Positions 49,877 to 61,800 of a stretch of DNA of 64,000 nt are shown one piece after another; position 1 is the first letter of the stretch; every line of letters starts with the position of its first letter. A model generated the notes under the pieces. The model was not told where the DNA came from. It saw only the letters and a list, made by a program, of their open reading frames with translations, and ran no database searches. The position numbers and the translations under genes were made by a program. The stretch is from Anthoceros angustus. Its lineage: Eukaryota > Plantae > Anthocerotophyta. The DNA lies in contig MU008155.1 in NCBI GenBank assembly GCA_010909165.1, forward strand, positions 186,001 to 250,000. The letters run 5' to 3'.

Positions 49877-52800
49877 TGAATGAATGGGGCGTCCGAGTAT
49901 GGATATCCGGTATGGGACTCTAGGACTCCCAATTCACGGCACCCAAGCCTCGCTTATGTCTGAGACTTTCGTTGTCATGGGGCCCCAACTCATGAGCCAG
50001 ATACATGCCCTTTTGCTCCAATACCAGGGCTGTTTTGCCTTCTCCATGCGAGAATTGAAGCGATGTAATGTGACCACCTTCCGCATCAATCGACCAGCAA
50101 GGAGCCTATCTACGGAGGCGCTGAGGCTCAGCAAAACCGAGTGGGACATGGTGGATGCACTGTCAAGAGTTGCTTGAAGCCGGGCTCATTCGCCCCTAGC
50201 TCGACTATCTGCCACAGTGATGCCTCCCAAGAAGGACAGACGGAATGTGGGCGAGAGAAGAGGATGCGGAGACTACCGTCCTATCAACGCGGTGACAGCC
50301 CGATCGGTACCCCATGCCAACGCCGGAGGAGATCTTGACAACATTGGCAAGTCTACCTACTTCTCGATTTTGGATTTGTCAAGGCTTCAACCAGGTGCAC
50401 TGTTGCTGAAGAGGACATCAAGAAGACAGCCTTCCACGGCTCTCTCGGCAGCTGGAATGGCTGGTGATGCCCTTTGGCTTCAAGAACGCGTGACTTTCCG
50501 GTAGCGTAATGGACATAGTACTTGCGGGTTCAGCGAACCTCATGTGCTACATTGATGATGTCCTGGTCCACAGCGGACTTTGAGTCTCATTTGGTGCACC
50601 TGGAAGATCTGTTCAAGAGATTGCGGGCGCATTGACATGTCACCCGGCCAAGTGTGAATTTGGCATGGACACCGTGGCATACCTTGGTCACGAGTTGTGC
50701 TGGCGGCGTCATGCCTCATGCTGCCAAGGTAAGGCCATCTTGCAGTGCGAGAGCCCACAAACCTCTACGCCTGCGAGCTTTCCTCGGCCTATGCAACTAT
50801 TACGAGTATACATTCGGGACTTGACAATTGCCAAGCGTGAATGACTTGCGGAAGGATGTTGTTTGGGCCGAGAGAAGACCCAGCAAGCTTCGACGCTGAG
50901 CGAGCGGAAGCTCCTGTCATGACGACTTCTCCAAGCCGTTTGTGGTACATACGGATTGGAGCATCTTAGCCTAGGGGCATGCTAGCCCAACAAGATGAAG
51001 ATGGAAAGGAGCGGGTGGTTGCGTATGCTTCACGCAGCAACAATCGTGCTGAAGCCAACTGATAGCTACCAAGGGAGTGTCTGGCATGTATGGGCGGTTT
51101 GTCATTTAGGCCCTACATGGCAAGCCCTTCACGCTGGTCACGACCATCAGCCCCTCAAATGGCTGATGACCAACACCAAGTTGAGTGGGAAGCTTGCAAG
51201 GTGGGCCATGATCTTGCAGGACTATGAATTTCAAGTGGTGCACCGGAGTCACACACCAAAACGCGGACACTCTCTCTCAATCCCAGTGCTAGTTGCGAAG
51301 ATGTTACGAAGCAGACAGGACCAAGATGATGGAGATCTGCAGCATGTGTCGGTGGCTGCGATGGTGGCTTTGACAAGCACAGGTGGTATCAGTATGGGAC
51401 AATCCAATATGGGACAGTCCTTAGCATTGAGCACATATCTTTGGGACAGGAGGTCCAAGGACATGGGAAGCTGAATGAATGGGGCGTCCGAGTATGGATA
51501 TCCGGTATGGGACTCTAGGACTCCCAATTCACGGCACCCAAGCCTCGCTTATGTCTGAGACTTTCGTTGTCATGGGGCCCCAACTCATGAGCCAGATACA
51601 TGCCCTTTTGCTCCAATACCAGGGCTGTTTTGCCTTCTCCATGCGAGAATTGAAGCGATGTAATGTGACCACCTTCCGCATCAATCGACCAGCAAGGAGC
51701 CTATCTACGGAGGCGCTGAGGCTCAGCAAAACCGAGTGGGACATGGTGGATGCACTGTCAAGAGTTGCTTGAAGCCGGGCTCATTCGCCCCTAGCTCGAC
51801 TATCTGCCACAGTGATGCCTCCCAAGAAGGACAGACGGAATGTGGGCGAGAGAAGAGGATGCGGAGACTACCGTCCTATCAACGCGGTGACAGCCCGATC
51901 GGTACCCCATGCCAACGCCGGAGGAGATCTTGACAACATTGGCAAGTCTACCTACTTCTCGATTTTGGATTTGTCAAGGCTTCAACCAGGTGCACTGTTG
52001 CTGAAGAGGACATCAAGAAGACAGCCTTCCACGGCTCTCTCGGCAGCTGGAATGGCTGGTGATGCCCTTTGGCTTCAAGAACGCGTGACTTTCCGGTAGC
52101 GTAATGGACATAGTACTTGCGGGTTCAGCGAACCTCATGTGCTACATTGATGATGTCCTGGTCCACAGCGGACTTTGAGTCTCATTTGGTGCACCTGGAA
52201 GATCTGTTCAAGAGATTGCGGGCGCATTGACATGTCACCCGGCCAAGTGTGAATTTGGCATGGACACCGTGGCATACCTTGGTCACGAGTTGTGCTGGCG
52301 GCGTCATGCCTCATGCTGCCAAGGTAAGGCCATCTTGCAGTGCGAGAGCCCACAAACCTCTACGCCTGCGAGCTTTCCTCGGCCTATGCAACTATTACGA
52401 GTATACATTCGGGACTTGACAATTGCCAAGCGTGAATGACTTGCTGCGGAAGGATGTTGTTTGGGCCAGAGAAGACCCAGCAAGCTTTCGACACGCTGAG
52501 CAGCGGAAGCTCCTGTCATGGCTGACTGACTTCTCCAAGCCGTTTGTGGTACATACTTGGAGCATCTTAGCCTAGGGGCATGCTAGCCCAACAAGATGAA
52601 GATGGAAAGGAGCGGGTGGTTGCGTATGCTTCACGCAGCAACAATCGTGCTGAAGCTAACTACATAGCTACCAAGGGAGTGTCTAGCTGTATGGGCGGTT
52701 TGTCATTTAGGCCCTACATGGCAAGCCCTTCACGCTGATCGTGACCATCAGCCCCTCAAATGGCTGATGACCAACACCAAGTTGAGTGGGAAGCTTGCAA

Positions 52801-53066
52801 GGTGGGCCATGATCTTGCAGGACTATGAATTTCAAGTGGTGCACCGGAGTCACACACCAAAAGCGGACACTCTCTCGGAATCCCAGTGCTAGTTGCGAAG
52901 ATGTTCGAAGCAGACAGGACCAAGATGATGGAGATCTGCAGCATGTGTCGGTGGCTGCGATGGCTTTGACAAGCTGGGTGTCAGTATGGGGATCCGAATA
53001 TGGGACAGTCCTTAGCATTGAGCACATATGCTGGGGACAGGAGGTCCAAGGACATCTGGGAAGACT
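49877..53066 (+). repeat. 1595-bp tandem duplication of RT-RNase H (49877-51471 / 51472-53066)
   Basis: ORFs 49884/51479, 50141/51736, 50217/51812 and 50632/52227 have identical translations at a constant offset of 1595. Confidence 0.92.
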
Positions 53067-53199
53067 CCGAAACTCTCCTATTTGTCCAAACAGGACAATT
53101 TGGATCAGCCATTGAGCACGCTGAGCAAGAAAGAATTCGCCAGCGCGCTTCCAAGTATCAATGGCGTGATGGGCATTTGCTGAGGAGGCTGACCAATGG

Positions 53200-54260
53200 G
53201 CTGGAACGATTGGTGCCACCACCTGCTGATAGGGAGCAGCTGATTCGTCGAGTGCACGACGACATGGGCCACTTTGGAGTCAAGCGTACTTACAGTTTGC
53301 TCCTCCCGCATTTCCATTGGCAAGGGATGTACGCCCAAGTCAAGCGGCGGTGGCTGTTGCAGGCTGACGGTGAAGACCTCCTTCACCATCCGAACCCTCA
53401 GCTGCACCCTTTGCCTATCATGGGAATTCTTTAGGTGGTCTTGTGACTTGTTGGGTGAACTACCCAAGACACCACGAGGCGTGTACATTCTCGTCATGAT
53501 GGAGCACTTCTCCAAGTGGGTGGAGGTGGTGGCCCTGCGGACAAGAGCTCCAAAAGCACCTCAGCCTTTCTTCAGAATGTCTTTGAGTCGCTTTGGGAGT
53601 GCGAGTGTGACGGATCAGTCGAATTTCGAGGGAATTCCAAGACCTCTGGATGCGCTCATCGACCATCGCAGGACCAGCCGAGACCATCCTCGGCTGATGG
53701 CTGGAGGATGCACAGACCATCAAGAAGGGTCTAAGGAAGCTCTGCCTTCAAATGCCCAAGACAGAGTGGGACTTGGCTCTTCCTTACGTCGCCATGGGCT
53801 ACCGTATGAGTCGGCATGCCTCCTTGGCGCATTTCAGTCCCTACTTCTTGCTGTTTGGGAGGGAACCCATGCCGCCTAGCTCAATTGCCAAGCAACCCTA
53901 TGAGGTAGTGGATCTGGATGATCCAGCAATGTGGGCAACGGTCATTGGTCAGCGTGCCGCGCTGTTTCGGCAAGCCATGCCGATGGCCATGGCTAATTTG
54001 AGGATTGCCCAACATCGGGACACCCTTAGATATGCCCACACTCGCGGCGACGGACCCAAGCTCAAGAAATTTCGGTGGGACTTTGTTTGCGAAGCAAGTG
54101 GGAGACACCCTTGACACCACCACCAGTCGACATGTGCTGCGAGTTCAGGAGGTCAAGGAGAATGGTGTGCTAGTGCTACAATGATCAGATGGACGTACCA
54201 CTAAGGATCACATGAAAAATTGTGCGCCTTGCCATTTGCCCAACCTGGATCCAACCATTG
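53200..54260 (+). pseudogene. DDE integrase (HHCC and rve), frameshifted
   Basis: RVHDDMGHFG, RWSCDL.GELP, EHFSKWVE, VTDQ, WDLALPYVAMGYR, SPYFLLFGR. Confidence 0.92.
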
Positions 54261-54289
54261 TCACCAGTGATTGGGTACCTCCGGCTGAT

Positions 54290-54412
54290 TACCCATGCCG
54301 GTTGCGGAGGGGCGACCTGAGCTGATGTGCGACCACTGTGGCGGATACCACCTATTTTGCTTGCGGCCGCCTCTCCAGGTGCCGGAGCGGTGGTATTGTC
54401 CACTATGCTGCC
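54290..54412 (+). pseudogene. C-terminal PHD finger
   Basis: PC..., MCDHCGGYHLFCLRPPLQVPERWYCPLC fits the C4HC3 pattern with the PHD-typical CLxPPL...WxCxxC. Confidence 0.85.
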
Positions 54413-54458
54413 TCTCCGGCCTCGATCGACACAAGCTTCAATGGCTGGGGGGTAGGCG

Positions 54459-55953
54459 GATGCTCTCCAGCATACTTTGTTCTTTGCAAGGGGACCTTTT
54501 CGGCGGACTCATACTGGGGCGAAACTTTGGCCCATTCGGCTACTGAGTCCGAATCTTGGAGATAAGTAAGTGGTGCAGGAGGCAAGAAGCCACAACCGGG
54601 CATCCGCCATGGGACATGCGATCCACCGGGCTGCGTCCAGCCATGACATGCGGTCCAGTCTGCCGGGGCTTGGGACATAAGCGATCCACAGTCCTCACGC
54701 TAAGGTGGAGTTGCCCGAGACAAGCTCATACTCGGGACAGGACTCCCAAACTTTTCACGTTCACGGCAGTATCGAGGTTGCCAAGGACCTGTTATGGTAC
54801 ATGGCGGTCCACGGCCGGGAGGTATCGACCATGGGACATGGTAGCCACCCGGGGCTGGGATCTGCCATAGTAGCCGGATCCGGCCGGGGCTGCCGGACCA
54901 TGGCCAGATCCACGGCCGGGGCTGCATCGCCATGGGACATGCGATCCACGGCCGGGGCGGCGATTGGGCCAGCCATGGGACATTGCGGTCCCCCAAGGCC
55001 ATGGGACATGGGGCCACCCGAGCCCACCCAACAAGACACAAGAACTAAAGATGCGCAAAGAATGTGAACTCGATGTATGCTTGCTTTTATATACTACGTT
55101 TGGTTAGGCATTTTCATTAACCAAGGACATGAAAACATATCCTTTATTTTGATTGGCCCATAGTCCAAGGATTCATTTCCTTTAAATACTAGTTATAGAA
55201 ATAGATCCGTTATGAGCGGATAACTAGGTAGGCTAGAAAAGCCACTTAGTTTAGGTGTGAAACCAAACCCAAACCCAAGGCACACGATCAGCGTGGGAGA
55301 GCACCACCAAGCGTGAGGTTGCTTTGCATCATGGCGCAAACACTGGGGGAGGGGCGGAGCGTGAGATGATGGCGCGGGAATGAGGACCGTGGGGCAAGGA
55401 ACGGAGGGTAGTCTTGAAATCGTGCGCTGGGCGCGCGGTTGGAGGAAAGCACTTTGTGAACCCTTGCAATCCAAATCGATCGTAGATCTGTGTTTTGCTC
55501 GGTAGTGTCTACAAGCAAGGCTCGATTCGGACTCCCAGCAGGCTGGCCAAGAAATCTTCAAGAAATCGTGATTCACACCATTGCGGATCCCGAAGATGCT
55601 CTCCGGCATACTTTGTTCTTTGCAAGGGGACCTTTGCGGACTCATACGGCTGAAACTTTGGCCCAATTGACTGGTCCCGAATCTTGGGACTGCCGATAAG
55701 TGGGCGTAGCAGGCAAGGAAGCCACAAGATCCTGCCATGGGACATGGCGATTCCACATGGCCGAGACTGGGGCATCCAACCGCGGATCGCGGTCCAGCCG
55801 GGGCTAAATTGTCACATGATACGCCGCGATCCCACGGGGAATCGTTTATCAACCGAGAATGATCCCAGTCCTCCACAGCTAAGATTGGTGGAGTTGCCCG
55901 AGACAAGCTCATACTGGACACCGGACTCCCAAACTTTTCACGCTTTCACGACA
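54459..55953 (+). repeat. 3' terminal block B1 (54459-54768), A2 (54770-55592), B2 (55595-55953)
   Basis: B1 and B2 share GATGCTCTCC.GCATACTTTGTTCTTTGCAAGGGGACC at the start and GAGTTGCCCGAGACAAGCTCATAC...GGACTCCCAAACTTTTCACG at the end. Purine run GGGGGGTAGG just before B1. Confidence 0.88.
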
Positions 55954-58865
55954 AACTCGGCTTCCAGTAGCTTTTGATGGGCATCCACCATGTCCCTACA
56001 TCTCCTGAGTCTGCGAGTCTGCTTTTCGCGGTAAAATGGGCTCCCTTTGGCCGGTCAGATTGATGAAAAATGGCCTGACATTGCAGTCAGCTTTACTCCT
56101 TCATGGAGAAAGCTAAACAGCCCTTGTAATCTGGTAAAGTATCAAAGGCTATGCTGCAGGGTCAGCTCAACCGTCCAATAAGCTTGGGTCCTATGGTCCA
56201 TGGAAGTCTCTCAAGTCTCATGACATAGCTTGAGCCTAGTGCCAGTGGCTTGTCTCACCGGACGATTCCTGACTGACAAGGGGACTCCACTGTATACCAC
56301 TGTATTGATGCCGAAAAAAACATTCATAGGCGCCCATGTTCATGCTCCCCCACCGCATCCAAACCCAATAAGACTGTGTGGTGTAGCCTGGGGAAGGGCA
56401 ATGCACAAAGCATCAAAGACGTAAAGGCAGGTGTGCCCTGTGGATGATCATAACTCCCCATTGAGTGTTCCGGATGTGGACAGAGCTGGAAAAGTAAAAG
56501 CAAGCCAGCACCGGCTGCCGTGTCGAGCTGTGAGATCCATAGCTCGCCTTAAATCGCATGGGCCTGTGAGGCGAAGGCAGTTGGCGATGTGACATAGCAA
56601 GAAGTGGTATGGGTGTGGAAATCCATGATGCGCCTCCCGCCTCCACAAAGTGGGCTCCTCCCAATCCCGAGTATTGGTGTTGAGAAGCAAGCTCGTGGGT
56701 CTTTGGCCCTATGCATGACAGGAGTTGGGAAAGCTCACCATAGTAGGGCAAGTTTGCCTGGGCCGCCCCTTGACATTGGTAGGTACCAAGGTCTGCTGTT
56801 CGCACCGGCCCGGTGACCGCCCGTGGTGAGATTCAAGATCATCGCTACAATCCGGAGTAGGGGTCCCTATAGTCTAGATGTGACACAGACTAAGTCCAAA
56901 GAAAGGTCGGGTGGAGCCAAATTGGTCCAATAGTTGCGTGGCGATGAGCAACCGCCCACTGTACGCATCCAAGAAAGAGGTGTGCCCACATGATGCTGAA
57001 CAACCACATGTCCGTATGCCACTGACCCGAGTATCCAGAGCTTAAGCGGGTGTTCTCCGGAATATAAGCGCACTGGGTTAAACTCCGGACCCGAGGTGAG
57101 AACACGCAGTAAGTCCCAAACAGAGCGGTGCGGGGGTCCTGAAACACCCCATGCGCCTTGGGAGAAGCCTGCACTCCCCATCCACCACCACGCCGATGGG
57201 GTGGTAGCGAGCTTATCGAAAGGCTGTATATAGGATGTCTGAGGGAAGGTCAGAAGGTGCTGACAGTGCCGTGGCAGGTGCAATTGAGCTGGAAAACGCT
57301 GCTGCAGTATGGAGCCTATGTCCCCGGTTATGCGGGACAAGAGTCGCAGAGATATAAGCGCATGACTACTAGCCCATTCTCAAGTAGAGCTTCCGGGCCT
57401 GCACAATCCTCGAATAGCAGTTCCAGCATTGTAATGCGGTGCGTGTCGGTGATAGCGGACTTATCAATGACACCGGACGGCGTGGACACCCCATGGTGGT
57501 CGCATGGCTAAGCAGGCGCTGCGCGCAGCGGAGTGAGGAGCTGCAGAAGAATCGGCGCCCTCGCGTCCGGGAGGACATCTCGAAGGCATGTGGCGTGACG
57601 GGCGGGTGCGTCGCATGTCATCCACGAGGTCTCAGCAAATCTTCCATGTATCGAGGAGCCGTGGGACTGACCACGGCGAGACAATCTTGGGCTCACACGG
57701 GATGTGGGAGTCCCCAAAGCGGTTACTGGTTGTGAGTGGCCATCAGCCAAGGCGTAACCAAGGTGACAAATATTCACATCGTCTTGCCATGCAAGTCAAT
57801 GGAGTGTAAGCACGCTGTCCTCCATTCCTCCAATCGATGGCGGCTTGCTCAATCCGGTTATCCAGCGACACTGTGGAAACAGGAACTCATCAAGGAGTAT
57901 GTCGTGAATTGGTTGCCGCTAGACAAGGCAATGAAGAGCCAATGTCATGGCAAGATCCGTCAAGCTTCAACGTGATAGATACCAGCGCAATGTTTCTCCA
58001 CACACCGATTCAAGGAACGTCTGCGTCGGATGTTCCAGGGTGAATCACGCAAGGCTGGACCACTTAGGTGCAATCCGCCGCCAGTGTCTTGCCAATGATC
58101 ACCGGCCGCGTGTATCAAGGAGGGCGACTTGAGCATACCATTGATCGTGTCCCTTCCTGTTGTCCACCATGGTGGCCGAAACTCGCCGACAACGATTGGT
58201 TGGCTGAATCAGGGTGACCTTGGTTTGGAGAAGCTCGTTGAGTGGAGTACACCCTCACCGCCTTGGCCACTGGAGGATAAGTGCACCCTTTAACCTGCCC
58301 CAATCGGACAGGGGAGCCTGTCCCATAGTCGGGGAACAACTCAGCTGTCCCAAACGCGGAGGGTGGGTATACCTCACATTCAGCATCAGCCAGGCTGTAA
58401 CTGGGGGGCCTGTCTGTCAATGGATGCATCCGCCATTCCATGGATTCCTGTCTACCAAAGACTTGGCGTAGAGGTTGCTGTAGAGTCAAGCCATGTCATG
58501 AAGAGAACACCGGGCGTCACCGCTCAATCTCCTAGCCACCGGCTCAAGATGAGAGCTTGAGGCACGAGGCATACAGCCTGACAAGTAAATGCTCGGGGTG
58601 TCGTCTCGAGCTTATCTGGCCAAAGATCCGGCCGACGATCCTCATGTCTCGAGATGAGGACCACTCCCCGACGGAGCGCGGCCGGGCTGATCTTTGAAGA
58701 TGAGCATAGCCGCCCACCGCGCCCCCTTTGTAATGAAAATGGCCCAGTCAACCTGTGGTTCCAGGACGCGGGCTGGCAGTGTGCGCTGAGCTTTTTGCAG
58801 CTTCATGGCGGTAAAGGCGCGCCACAATCCGTGTCGTTGTAGGAAGAAGTCCGTTCCCAAAGGAA
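55954..58865 (-). mobile_element. Older DNMT-gypsy element, 5' half (gag end, protease, DNMT, RT start), heavily degenerate
   Basis: Homologous to 46000-49200. RT runs DMVDA...LLEA up to 55954 and resumes as GLIR..SDYAAAT at 42856. Confidence 0.8.
56520..57430 (-). pseudogene. Second, diverged DNMT3-like domain
   Basis: Remnants EALLENGL, GWEC.GFSQ, QDPRTALF, AYIPENT, RNYWTNLAP, LRRAMDL. Confidence 0.85.
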
Positions 58866-61800
58866 TGATAGGCGTTTACCGCGTTTGATTCTTACCGTCC
58901 TTAGCGCTCGTTCGGCTCAACACACATACTCTAACTACTACCGTTCACCGTCTGAGCCGGTATGGCCAAGCGTTTGAGACCCGTTCGCGTCCGTATCGTT
59001 CATCCGTCCCTCACATCAGTCCTTTCCTCTCTCTCTCACGCTACACTCTTGGTCTTAGAAAAAGGCCTTGGTTCTGATCCGGACCTCCTCGTCGTTGCGG
59101 GCCTCTCCGGGCTCTACCGCCCTCCGGAGTTCCTCGGCTCACACGTTCAGTCCGTTCGGTGGGACGCGGCTCGGGGCGACACGGTCACCGATCACCCTTC
59201 CTGCACACACCACAGCGTTAAGTCCGTCACGGGACCTTGATCAATCTCCCGGGCGTGCACCTTTCGGTGACTCGGGACTCACGTTAGAAGACTCACAAAG
59301 GTGCGCAGAGCGGCATCAACACCAAGAAAGATGCTTTACTAGGCCTCGGCCCTCTTATCTGCGCCCAAGGCGTCTTTATTACACCCCTATTACGGTGATA
59401 GCCATTTCGGTATACCTAATCGGACCGCCTATCCCCTATCTCCTTCGCGGTGGAGGTGGGAAGGTCCACAGGCCCGCCTAATGGGTGGTCAATCCCCGTC
59501 ACGGTTGTGGTGCACCCAATCGGATGATCCGTGAGGCGGGCCTCCTCTCTCCGGAATCACAGCCGGGTTGGGCTCGGCGGTCGACAACGCCGTTACCAGC
59601 GTCATCCTCCCACAGCCTCCCACAGGTCCCCGGGGGGCCACCTATCGGCTCCCCTAAGCGTAAGTCGAAGGGGCTCCTCCTTCTTGCCGCCGGTCCTCGA
59701 GGTCTGTCTCGACTCACGAACTTGAGTCCGGCTTATTCACAGGTCCGGCGGCTGGGTCCGACCTCTGGTCCGGACCTCGGTCGGACTTATTAAGTCCGGA
59801 CTTGGTCCGGACTTATTCTCGAGTCCGGACTTGAGTCGCCTCCCCTAGTCGGACAAAGTCGGACTCCACCAGGTTTCCTCCCTCACGGGACTCCTCAGTG
59901 GCTCTCCCTCGAAGTCCTCCTGTTCCCGATCGGTACTCGCCGTTGGCCCCTCCTTCCATGGTGAGGTGCGGGTGCTTACCTCGATCGCATCCGCTCCCTC
60001 GTTCTGCTCCTCCGGTTGCTCCTCTCCGCTCCGTCATCTCAAGCAGGGGCCACTAGGGTCCTGTCTTTGTCCCGTGGCCTTCATCTCCTTGAGCCTTCCG
60101 GTCCGTCCGTTTCGGTAGTCGAGGCTTCTCGCCGGGGCTCGGCGTGGTAATAGGCAAAGTCGAATCGACTTGTTGAATTGCCTCTTCCACGTGTGCGGGC
60201 ACCGATACTCCCTCCGCCATAAGTGTTGGGGAGTCTTTGCCCGGCTTGTTGGGCCACCTCTGCCCGGTTGTGGTGGGCAGGTATCACGCGAGGCTACAAG
60301 GCGGCCTCGGTCACCTCCTGCGGCTGTTGCTCCACACTGCTCGGCTCCGTCGTTTCCTCCATTGCCGGCTTACCGCCATAGCGGCGTTCCCCGCCTTTCG
60401 GTGGACGGCTTTTACCTTCGATTGCTCGCGCTCCTCCGTTCATTCGGCCTTTAGCTCCGGCTCCTCTCCGGTCGGTACCTCCGTCCACTCGGACTTCCTC
60501 CGGCTCATACAGCAGCAGCGTCCAACTCCTTGGATAGTCGCGATTTTCCTCCGTCTTGAGAGACGGGCTGCACTCTATTTCGTGCTCGAGTGTGGATTCT
60601 CGTTGAGAATCTGCTGCTCCGACGCATCTTGGGTTGTAGCTCCAGTGTCCTTCATCCTCCATCTGCTGCCGCTCTCCTCTACTTCCTGCGGTACTGAGAT
60701 CTCTATCTCCCGAGTGGCCTCCATCTCCTCCTTTGGCCCTTGCTCCATGGCCGTGCCCAGTTAGCCTCGGTGCTGTGACTCTCTCCACCGGTTCGATCAC
60801 GTCTGGTGATCCGGTCGCTCTTCAGGCTTCGCTCCTTTTACACCCTCGCCCTTGGCGGCCTCTGGCCGCCTCCGCCCGAGTCCAGCTCTGCCTTGTGCCG
60901 GGCCTCTTCCGCCTCTGCTGCGCTTCCCCCTTCTGCAAGGTCCTCCGCGCTTGGGCCTCCCAGGCTTGCTTGTGTACTGGTGAAGAACCAGTCTGTGAAC
61001 CGGGCCTCGCGCTCCGCCACCGTTTCCCTTCCTCGATCCGGCGAGGACTCCGCCTTTCCTTTGCCCCTGGCCGCCTTCACTTGCTCTTGGGTTCCACCAT
61101 CCTCCTCGGGTGGCCTCCACTTCACAGGTCTTCTCCGTACCACGAGACCCCAAAGCATTCCGTCCATGGCGGTAGCAGGACTTCGCCGTGTTTCTTCCAC
61201 GGCCACAGGCCCCACAAAGTCCGTGGAGCCGGCATTTCGGTCCGCCAAGGACCTCCTTGATCCGAGTAAGTCGGTGGGTTCTCGGACCTAATCGGGACCC
61301 TCGGGTCACAGTGGTGAGTCGAGTCTCACCCTCTTGGCCCTCTTGGCCTCTAACTCCTTTGTGCCCTCTTTCTCCAGGGCTCGGAGGAGGTGAGGGGTCA
61401 GGGAAGCTCTTTTGCCCCTTCACAGCGGGGCAGGCTCGGGTGGGGCTGCGCGGTGACCTCCACTCCTTGGGCCACGTCCCTTCGCCCTCCTTGCCTCTTG
61501 ACCTCTTGCCACTCCGTAGGCGGGGTAAGGTGCAGCACCTAGTCTTTGCGTTGGTAAGCGGCACCGTCTTCCGCCTCTTGACTCCCGTTGAGTTCGTCGG
61601 GGCTCGGCGGTCGTGGTTGTTGGCTGTCTGCCGGTGCGGGCCGCGCCCTCGGCATCGGCTCCCTCTGTCTTGCTCGGAGGGCACCAAAAGGAGGAATCGC
61701 CTCCCAAACTTCCACAGGTGGTGAGGGGTTCGCTCAGGGCGTATGGAGTCAGGAATCCTCGATCGTCCTCCTCCAGTCCGCTTGGTCTTGAAGGGCGACC

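Larger units (their letters stand above)
42857..55953 (+). mobile_element. Complete DNMT-carrying Ty3/gypsy retrotransposon with split direct repeats (13.1 kb including an internal duplication)
   Basis: Ends TATCG...CGACA; degenerate 5-bp TSD AGCCC/AACTC; order gag-PR-DNMT-RT-RH-INT-PHD; repeats A1, B1, A2, B2. Confidence 0.88.

Noticed and set aside
42857-55953. DIRS/PAT/Ngaro element
   Set aside because: Despite the split repeats it has a retropepsin, an HHCC-rve integrase and a 5-bp TSD; no tyrosine recombinase motifs seen.
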